Assembly: GCA_965240325.2 (NCBI GenBank)
Contig: OZ251245.1
Span: 1,054,001-1,118,000 of the forward strand
Length of the DNA: 64,000 bases
Direction: 5' to 3'
Source: Rebecca billardiae RCC1528
Lineage: Eukaryota > Protista > Haptophyta
The notes beneath the pieces are model-generated. The model was not told where the DNA came from, searched no databases, and saw only the letters and a list, made by a program, of their open reading frames with translations. Both the position numbers and the translations under genes were made by a program. Of the stretch, positions 55,615 through 64,000 are shown one piece after another (positions within the stretch are counted from its first letter, which is position 1; each line of letters starts with the position of its first letter).

Positions 55615-56499
55615 ATGGCGCCCGCGGCGGCCGGCGAGCTCAAGACGACACTGCTGCGCAACGGGCTGCTGTGGCCGCTCGTCGGCCTGGGCACGTACCG
55701 CCTGACGCCCGACGAAGTGGAGCGCGTCGTGCCCGCCGCGGTCGCCGCGGGCTGCGAGCTGGTCGACACGGCCGTCGCGTACCGCCACAGCCACGGGGCG
55801 ATTTCGCGCGCGCTGAGCGGCGCGAGCACGCGCCCGGCGTGGATCCAGACGAAGATCCCGCCGGGCGAGCAGGGCTACGACGCCGCGCGCGCGTGCGCGC
55901 TGCGCTGCATCGACGAGCTCAGGGGATGCAGCAGCCGCCTCGCAATCCTCACGCACTGGCCGGGCGGCAAGGGGCTGCCACCCGACTCGTCCGAGCACGC
56001 TGAGCTGCGCGCGGGCACGTGGCGCGCGCTGCAGGAGCTCTACCTCGAAGGTCGGGTCGACGCGATCGGCGTGTCCAACTTTGATCCGCGTCACCTCGCC
56101 GAGCTCGAGCGCGCCCCCGGCATCACCGAGCTCCCGCACGTGCACCAGCTCGAGCTGCACCCACTTCTCCCACAGCGGGCGATGCGAGAGCTGTGCGCGG
56201 CGCGCGGCATCCACGTGCAGGCGTACGCGTCCCTGGGGCAGGCGTCGGCCCGGCTCCTGGAGGCCGAGGCGGTCGTCGCCGCGGCGCGCGCGCGCACGAT
56301 GCCTCCGGCGCACGTCCTGCTCCGCTGGGCCCTCCAGCGCGGCGTGTCGTGCATCCCCCGCACGCGCGATCCGGCGCGCGCTGCGGAGAACGCGCGCGCG
56401 GCTCTGGACACGGCCGCGCTGACCGATGCCGAGCTGGCGGCGATCGACGCGCTCGAGGATGGCACGCACTTTTGCTGGGACGGGGGCACCATACGGTGA
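55615..56499 (+). CDS. Aldo-keto reductase
   Basis: GLGTY, DTAVAY, TK, HWP (D-Y-K-H tetrad), IGVSNF, QLELHP, LRWALQRG...IPR. Confidence 0.95.
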   Translation: MAPAAAGELKTTLLRNGLLWPLVGLGTYRLTPDEVERVVPAAVAAGCELVDTAVAYRHSHGAISRALSGASTRPAWIQTKIPPGEQGYDAARACALRCIDELRGCSSRLAILTHWPGGKGLPPDSSEHAELRAGTWRALQELYLEGRVDAIGVSNFDPRHLAELERAPGITELPHVHQLELHPLLPQRAMRELCAARGIHVQAYASLGQASARLLEAEAVVAAARARTMPPAHVLLRWALQRGVSCIPRTRDPARAAENARAALDTAALTDAELAAIDALEDGTHFCWDGGTIR

Positions 56500-57144
56500 T
56501 CCTCTGCAGGAGTCGTCGTGGGTAGTGACTCTCAGACGGCCCCCCGGAAGCCCAGCAGCCATCCAGTGAGCAGCCACAGAAGCGCATCCGGGACTCGTAA
56601 CGCTGTCTCGTACGTCACTCGTCAGGACGGCGTTCATCATCATCATATCATCACGACCATGTCCCCAGATCACGCGGATCGCGATATCGTATTACGTTGA
56701 ACGGCATCGATGCATGGCCAGTCAGTCGTCGTCATCATCACGGCATTCTGTATATAATTATCGGTACCGTAGAATGTCAGACTCGACGGGCTGCGTCCAC
56801 TCGTCCAGGACTCCAGGAGTCGCCGTCCGCACTCGCGTCGGCGGCGTCTCGCCGGGCCCGCCGCGCCCGACAGCGCCCGTGACGCGGCCGCCGGGGCCCG
56901 GGCCCGCGGCCAGTCGTCGCGCCGGGGCGCCGGGCCGCCCTCGGCGCCGGCCTGCTGCCTTCTGTGCCGCTCGCGATCTGTGAAGGCGGCTGCCACACAT
57001 TCGGCCCGGCCGCGCTGGTCGGGTGACCAACCGCCAACCGGGCAACCGGCACCGCACCGCACTGTTCGTTGTGACCTTTTTGTACGTGGGTTTGTGGCCC
57101 CGGACCGACTCGTCGGCCGGACGGGCCGGCTTGTCACGGGCGCC

Positions 57145-58140
57145 ATGTCGACCTCGTCGGACCGCGAGCACCTCCAGCACGCGCCCTTCCTCTTCGTCCT
57201 AGCCTTCTTCGTGGTGCCGGTGTGGTCGATCTTCTGGGCTGGCGCGGCTGTGTGGCTCAGCCTCCTCCCGTTCGCGCTGGTGGGCTGGCTCGTGCGCCGG
57301 GTCCAGCGCCGCGCGCCGCCGCCGCCGGTGTCGATTGCGCTGGCCGTGCATGAGCCGGAGCCGCGCCAGCGCGTGCGGGACACGCTGCTGCTCGTGCACG
57401 GGTTTCCCGACAGCCCCGCGCTGTGGCAGTCAACCGTCACGCACCTCACCGCCGCGGGCTACCGCTGTCTCGTCGCGGCGCTGCCGGGCGCGCACGGCGA
57501 GCCCGTGCCGTCCGCGCCGTCGGCCGATGCGATCGTGCGCGCGCTGCACGAGGCGCTGATGCGGCAGACGACGGAGGCCGTGACGCTCGTGGTGCACGAC
57601 TGGGGCAGCTTCTACGGCTTCCTGCTCGCCACCGCGCACCCGCACTGGGTGCGCCGCATCGTCTCGCTCGACATCGGCGGCCACCTCTCGCTGCCAGACG
57701 CGCCGCTCAGCGCGACGCTCGGCATCGTGTCCTACCAGAGCGTGCTCGCCTCGGCCTACCTGATGGGCGGGCTGGGCGGGCGGCTGATCACCGGCGCGAT
57801 GTGCGCGCTCTGGCGGTACCCCGCGCGCCCGCTCGCCGAGCTCACCCCGGACATGTGCTGGCCGTACTGGGCCGTGCTCTGCCACCTGGGCGCGGGGCTG
57901 CTCCGGGGCCGCGGGCTGCAGCTGCTCGACTACACGCCGCAGCGGCCGACGCTCTTCGCGTACGCGGCGGACAAGCCGTTCATGTTCCACTCGGCCGAGT
58001 GGCTCTCGCGCGTGCGCGCGGCGCCGAGCGGCGAGGTCGTGCGCTTCGAGTGCGGCCACTGGATGATGGTCGACCGGCCAGCCGAGCTGCACGCGCTGCT
58101 GGCGGGCTGGCTCGAGCGCTCGGCGCAGCGTGGGAAGTGA
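57145..58140 (+). CDS. Epoxide-hydrolase-like alpha/beta hydrolase with N-terminal membrane anchor
   Basis: HGFPD oxyanion motif, HDWG Asp nucleophile, GHW catalytic His, hydrophobic N-terminus. Confidence 0.9.
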   Translation: MSTSSDREHLQHAPFLFVLAFFVVPVWSIFWAGAAVWLSLLPFALVGWLVRRVQRRAPPPPVSIALAVHEPEPRQRVRDTLLLVHGFPDSPALWQSTVTHLTAAGYRCLVAALPGAHGEPVPSAPSADAIVRALHEALMRQTTEAVTLVVHDWGSFYGFLLATAHPHWVRRIVSLDIGGHLSLPDAPLSATLGIVSYQSVLASAYLMGGLGGRLITGAMCALWRYPARPLAELTPDMCWPYWAVLCHLGAGLLRGRGLQLLDYTPQRPTLFAYAADKPFMFHSAEWLSRVRAAPSGEVVRFECGHWMMVDRPAELHALLAGWLERSAQRGK

Positions 58141-58666
58141 CGGGACAGTTGTTCAGCGGCTGAGAGAAGTGAGAGCCGAGCAGGAGAGCCGAGCGGCGCC
58201 GGAGAGTCCGGGTGGGCTGGCTGAGCCGGAGCGGAGTGCGCGATCTGAATATATAAGGTAGATCTTGGCTGGGTAGATACGGTATTCAAGCGTGGTGAAC
58301 CAGAAATGTGATTAATAGATGAACTCCCAAGCAGGCTGACCATGGGCATGCGTGAGGGACATCTCGAAGATGTCTCAAATGCTCAATTACCCAAGTTCGA
58401 TTTAACCACATTGCACGTGACGAAAGGCGCGTGGGGACGATGGACGCCGAACTGCCAATCAGATGTCGTCGACCTACTTTGAGCGGTTGAGGTGATTGTA
58501 CGCGGCCTGAAACAGGTCGGGCTCGTCAATTGCCTTAAGAATCGCTTTTTGAGTCGGCCTCTGATCAGCGTTTACAGGTGCGTCTTGTACACCCCTTTGC
58601 TCAGTATTCATCGTCGTTGAGGCACACATACAGGCTCGTGTCAGGCTGTACCCTCTGAATCGACTA

Positions 58667-60800
58667 ATGACATCGATTGGCGCCCCGTCCGACGACTGGA
58701 AACCCGTTGCACTCAAGATCAAAGCTCTCCATCAGCTCGAACGCAGAAAGGGGCGCGCGCCAACGCTGGCCTCGAGCTGCGCGCAGGAAAGCCCTGTCCA
58801 GCGTGTGGCGGCCTCCGCGCGCCCCGCCCCTGCACACCACGTGGGCCACTGCTAGCCGCATGAACCGTGGCGGCGACTGGTCGGGCCGCTCGTCGGCACA
58901 GTCGTCGGCGAACACGCTCGGCTCTCGTGCGACCAGCGAGAGCGACGCCCCGACCCTGCTCTCCCTGCAGGACTCGGTCTGCAACCCGCTCGTGCGCGCG
59001 GCTTCGCTCGTCGACGTCGTCAGGCGCTCGGCGGCGGATGGGGTCGAGGGGCCCTGCACCGCGGCGCTGGCGGACACGATGGCGCAGGTCTCGTTTGAGC
59101 TGAGCAGCGCCATCGAGGTGCTGCACAGCGCCTTCTCCAGGACCGCCATCCTGCAGCGCGACTACGAGCCGCAGGCGTTGACCGTCACCATCGGCGAGCT
59201 CGTCGACTCGGTGCACGCGCCGGCGTCCGGCGTGAGCGTCGGCCGCGCGCGCGGGACGTCGCGCGAGGACACGCTCGAGCTCGACCCCACGCCCCTCCGC
59301 ATGGCGATCTCCGAGCTCCGCCACATCGCGGACGCGCTCGCAGACCGGCCGATGCTCGCGCTGAGCGTGCAGCTGGAGGACGACCTGCTCAGCATCACGG
59401 CGCACGCGCTGCCGTGCGCGCTCTCGGCGGTGGAGGGCGCGGCGCCGGCGTGCGAGTCCGCGCTGGAGCAGCGGCTGCTCGTGGACGCGTGCGCGCACGC
59501 GCTCGGCGGCCACGTCCGGTGGGACGCGTGCGACTGCGCACCCGTCGCGGCGCCGATCACCGAGGGCACAGCGGGGTCGCGCGACGTCGCGGCGCCGCTG
59601 CCGCCGTTCGCGGAGCTGCTGCTGCCGGTGAAGCGCGAGGCGCACATCGGCGCGACGATCGACTCGTTCCGCCTCCCCGCCGAGGCGACCGTGATCATCG
59701 TCGACGACTCGCGCCTCACGCGCACCATCATCCGCGCGCGCGTGGTCGCGCACCTGTGCCAGCCGGGCATGGTGCCAGTCGTGATCCCGCCGTGCGACAT
59801 GCGCGACGACGATCCCGAGGCGGCGCGGATGCTGGGCGAGTACGCGGAGACGCTCGGCGCGTACGTGCGCGCCGGGCCCGTCGTGCTCTTCTCCGACCAC
59901 GACCTCGGCGTCGGCGTGCCGACCGGCGCTCAAGTGATCCAGCACGTGCGAGCGACGGTGCCCGAGGCGGAGGCCAACCTGGTCGCGTGCGTGGTCTCCG
60001 CCAACGGCTCGACGCCCGACCGGCGCGCGTACGCCGAGATGGGCGCGGACGCGTTCGTGGGCAAGACGCGCGACGGCGTGCGCCACGCGCGGCAGACTAT
60101 CGCGCGCGCGTGCGAGCGCCGCTTCGCCACCAGGCTCGACGCGCGGCCGAGCCCGCCGGGCGCGCGCGCGGCGAGCTCGGAGGTGCTCGAGGAGCTCGGG
60201 CGGGCGGCAGGGCGGCCGCGGCCGCCGCGCCCGCCGCTCGGCGCGTCGACCGTGCCCACGCGCACGCGCTTCCCGCAGAACCCCATCCGCCAGAGGTCCG
60301 CCACCGGAGCCGTCGTCGCGGGGCCCGCCGCCGCCGCCGTGGCCAGCATGGCCGCCGCGTCACCGGCCAGTGCGCGGAGGCTCTCGACGCGCACCACCTT
60401 TGGCCGCCCTGTGCGCCCGCCTGCGCGGCCTGATGACGAGGAGGAGGCGGGCTCGGGCTCGAGCTCACGTGCGTCGCCCTCGGCCTCGGCGCGGCCGTGT
60501 GACGGCGCGGCGCCGGCTGAGCGCCCGCTGATGCGCTGCGCCGTGTGCGGGCGCGACAGGCTGGGCGCGGGCGCGAGCTCGCGCTCGTGCGGGCGCGGCG
60601 CGACGCTCCCCGGGCCGCACCCGAGCTGCCTGCCGGAGGCGGAGGCGGAGGGCGAGTCTCGCGACGAGTCGCCGTCGGAGCGGCCGCAGTTCACGATGCC
60701 GTCGCTTCGGCGCGCGCACCTCAGCGCGGACGAGGCACAGGGCATGCTCGACGAGGAGGCGGGCGCGGGAGGCGGGCGCCGCCGCCTGGCTACTGACTGA
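58667..60800 (+). CDS. Receiver-domain protein with degenerate histidine-kinase-like N-terminal region; start uncertain (58667 via a putative GC-AG intron ~58752-58856, or 58860)
   Basis: REC motifs VIIVDDS, FSDHDLG, VVSAN and DAFVGK. Upstream DYEP..., LDPTPLRMAI and CAHALGGHV follow HATPase spacing but lack the N/G boxes. Confidence 0.7.
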
Positions 60801-60956
60801 CGACTGATGACTGCGTGCTGACACTCACACTAGTGACAGTGACCGGTCTACTAGGCAGTGACTGCTGCCCGCGACCAGCCGAGGCCGATGCCGCCCGGCG
60901 GCGCATCGACCAGTGACCGATTCATCCGCAGTGCCGGACCGTACTCACTATATCGA

Positions 60957-60975
60957 TAAATAAATAAATATAATA

Positions 60976-61031
<56 letters not shown>
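60957..61031. repeat. (TAAA)n followed by (TA)n microsatellite
   Basis: Seen directly between convergent gene ends. Confidence 0.95.
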
Positions 61032-61034
<3 letters not shown>

Positions 61035-61117
61035 CAGTATATAGCTGCGCTCGTCCGACTTACGTGGCCCGGCCGGGTCGTCATCCTATATATGATGCTT
61101 GAGAAGTCATCGCGTCG

Positions 61118-64000
61118 TCACAGCTCCTCCTCCTCCTCCGGCTGCGTCGGCTCGCGCATCGACGCCTCGCGCACCGAGGCGACGATCTGCTCGTACTGCG
61201 CGATCGCGGCCTCGTCGAGCAGCCCGGGCTCCTCCGCGCCCACCGCGACCTTGGGCGGCGGCTCCGCCGATGCGCCGAGGCCGATGCCGCCCGGCCCGTG
61301 CTCGTGCTCCAGCCTGCGCACGGTCGCGGCGAGCCGCCTGTACAGCCCCCACGCCTCGGTGAGCAGCTGCTGCGGCGGCGGCTGCGGCCCGTCCGCCACC
61401 TCGTTGGCGAGCTTGGCCATCGCCGCGCCGAGCTGCTGCAGGTGGCGCTTCCCCTCCGCCTTCTGCGGCCAGCTGCGGATCTTGGCCTGCGTGAGCTCCC
61501 ACTCCTCGAGCAGCACGTTGGCCACCTCCTCCGAGCCCGCGAGCAGCTCCTCCACCGAGGGCGCGCGCGAGAGCGACGCCGCGTCGGCGCGCAGCAGTAG
61601 CAGCCCGTGGCCGTGCATCACGCTGGCAAACGCTGACGGCTCGATGCCCGGCGCGGCGGCGGGCTGGCCGGCGCGCTCGCCCGCCGAGAGCGCGTGCGCC
61701 TCGGCGTACATCTGCAGCAGCTCGCGCATCGACACGCGCGAGGAGAGGCGGCGCACCACGTCCGAGAACTCGTCGAAGGCGAGCAGGCCGTCGCCGTCCA
61801 CGTCGGCCGCGCTGAACAGCGCCGCGAGCAGCCGAGACGATGCGTCGCGCTCCGCCTGCGCGGCCGCGGCGGCGAGCGCGAGGAGCGAGTCCAGGTCGAC
61901 GGCGAGGCCGTCGAGCGAGGCCGCCGCGCCCGCGGGGCCGGTGCCGGTGCCGGGCGGCGCGCGCGGGCGCGACGGCGCGCGGCCGTGCAGCACGCCGGCG
62001 CGCGCCGCGGCGGCGGCGGCGGCGGCGGCGGGCGCGGCCGCGGCCGCCTCTGCCGGCGGCGGCGTGACACACGCCTCAGCTAGCCGGCGGCGCAGCTCGG
62101 CAAACTCTGTGCCGGGCGCGTGCGCGAAGGCCTGCGCGCCGCCGGGCGCGCGTGGGTCGAGCGTGGGTCGCGCGGTCGCGCGCGTGAGTGAGCCCGCGGG
62201 GTCACGCACGCACGGCGGCCGGCGCGCCTCGAAAGTCCGGAGGCCCTCGGCGCTCGGCGCTCGGCGAGCGCGGCGGCGCGGGCGCGGCGCGCCGTGCTCG
62301 CGCGCGCGCTCACCTGCGCGAGCGCTCGCATCGCCGTCTCGGCATCGATGAGGCAGGGCGTGCCCTTGGCGCCGGTCCACTCTGAGACGCGCGGCGCGCG
62401 GCCGAGCAGGCCCTGCAGCGCGCCCAGCGTCGCGAACGCCGCGTCCGCCGCCTCCTGTGAGAGCGGCGACCACAGCCCCAGGAGCCGGCCGCACAGATGC
62501 GCTTTGGAGTTGTGCCCTCTGCACGCGCCCAGACTGCGCGAGAGGGCGAAGAGCGCCGCGCGCGCGCGGCGGTGCGTGCCGTGCTGCAGCACGAGGTGCT
62601 GCTCGGCGAACGCGGCGAAGGGCTGCGGGCGGTGCGGGCGGCGCGGCGGCGCGGCGGGGTGTGTCAGTGGCGCGCCACCACGGCCGAGGCGCGCGGCGCG
62701 GCGCAAGCGCGCGGCCGCGGCGCGGCGTGGGCGACGAGCGCGGTGGGGGCGACGAGCGCGGTGGGGTCGAAGGCCATGCGACGGGCGGCGGCGCGCGCGC
62801 AGCACCTGCTCGACCGCGGCGAGCTTGGCGCGCGCGCGCGAGGCTGCTTCGATCCCGAGGTCGATGCCCGACGCCGCCGGCGGCGGCGGCGGCTGCTGCT
62901 GCTGCGCGCCCCCGCCCCCGGCAGCGGCGTCCGCCGCCGCGCCCTCCGCGCCCGCCGCCTCCGCCTCCGCCTCCGCGCGCGCGTCGAGCCGCGCGGCGTA
63001 CAGCTGCGAGACGAGACGCGCCATCTCGCGCTCGGTGAGCGGCGCGTGCTCGGGCTCGGTGTCGCCCACGGTGGGCGGCAGCCCGACCGTGCCGTCCACG
63101 CGCTCCGCCTCCGCCTCCGCCGCGGCCGCGGCCAGGTCCGTCACGGCGATCGAGCCAACGCCATCGCCACCTCTCAGCAGCACATCGGCGGCGCCGACGA
63201 CCGCCGCGCCGCTCCCGCCGAATGCGGACTGGACGGCCATGTCCTTGCGCGAGGCGAAGCGCTCCTCCCACGGGGCGAGCCGGAGCGCCGCGTCCGCGAG
63301 GCTGTCGTCCAGCTCCGCCGCGCGGCCCGCCGCCTCCGCCGCCGCCTTCTCCGCGGCCGCGCGCGCGGCCGCGTCGACCGCGGCCGAGCGCTGAGCTCGC
63401 TCGGCCGTGGCGGCGGCGGCATCCAGGCTGCTGTCCGCGTCGGCGAGCGTGTCGCCGAGCGCGCGCTCGGTGGCGTGCGCGGCGGCGAGCTCGAGCCGGA
63501 GCGCCTCGGCGCGCGCCGCCTCCGCCGCCACCGCGCCGTGCGCCGCCCGCTCCTTCTCCGCCGCCACCGCCGCCTGCGCCTTGTGCTCCTGCAGCGCGCC
63601 GCGTGAGGCGGCAAGCTCGGCGCGCGCCGCGTCCGCCGCGCGCCTCGCGTCCTCCGCCGCCTCGCGCTCGGCGGACGCGCGCGCCTCGGCCTTCTCGACC
63701 TCGACGGCGGCGCGCGCGTCCGCCTCCGCCTGCGCGTTGAGCATCGCCGCGCGCGCCGCCTCCGCGCGCGCGATCGCCGCGCCCATCTCATCGCGCGCGC
63801 CGGCCGCGTCCGCGGCCGCGCCCGCCGCGCGCGACTCCGCCTCGGCCACCGCCGCGCGCGCCGCCGCCTCCTGCTCGACGAGCACCTTGCGCGCGGCGTC
63901 GTGCTCGGCGGCCTGCTCGGCGGCGGCGCGCTTGGCCTCCTGCAGCGCCGCCTGCGACTCGAGCGCGTCCTGCACCGCGCGCGCCGCGCGCTCCAGCGCC
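61118..64000 (-). CDS. Partial (5' end beyond window) long coiled-coil + EF-hand protein, possibly flagellar; multi-exon
   Basis: Ala/Glu-rich heptads at 63250-64000; EF-hand FSAADVDGDGLLAFDEF; helical domain FAEQHLVLQHG...LCGRLLGL. GT-AG introns link ORFs 62080..63975 and 61118..63271. Confidence 0.75.

Noticed and set aside
58-64000. Numerous long Arg/Ala/Pro-rich ORFs antisense or frame-shifted to real genes (e.g. 612..2789, 1219..3363, 34668..36935, 37654..40329)
   Set aside because: These are shadow ORFs expected at very high GC with GC3-biased codons, and they carry no domain motifs.
3373-64000. Ciliary/cytoskeletal gene cluster (p28-like, kinesin, katanin p80, EF-hand coiled-coil)
   Set aside because: The genes are dispersed among unrelated genes, and such genes are common in flagellate genomes.

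Overview
Very GC-rich, gene-dense eukaryotic nuclear DNA. Evidence: short GC-rich GT-AG introns (often GTGCGCG...CGCAG), (TA)n microsatellites and signal-peptide-led, probably plastid-targeted proteins. This style suggests a haptophyte alga such as a Pavlovales member, but that is an inference. About 23 protein-coding genes can be supported. Recognisable ones are a CNBD ion channel, an axonemal p28-domain protein, an ankyrin protein, a sulfotransferase-like protein, dehydroquinate synthase II, a kinesin, a WW/U-box E3 ligase, a hybrid histidine kinase, katanin p80, an AMBRA1-like WD40 protein, an aldo-keto reductase and two alpha/beta hydrolases. Gene-free gaps hold non-autonomous DNA transposons: a foldback/MULE-like element with a 9-bp TSD, a TA-flanked Tc1/mariner-like element with internal duplications, and a possible third element carrying a ~76-bp minisatellite. 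No rRNA, tRNA or CRISPR array was recognised. The best leads are unusual proteins rather than an operon-like system: a tandem TrmY-like SPOUT protein, an MDP1 phosphatase-cold shock-ASCH fusion, a CNBD channel lacking the GYG filter, an F-box-like kinesin head-to-head with a WW-WW-U-box ligase, a PH-like/p28 fusion, an intron-containing DGQHR protein, and a pseudo-histidine-kinase/receiver protein. All family assignments come from motif recognition by eye, with no database search. Most long ORFs in the supplied track are GC-rich shadow ORFs or intron read-through.
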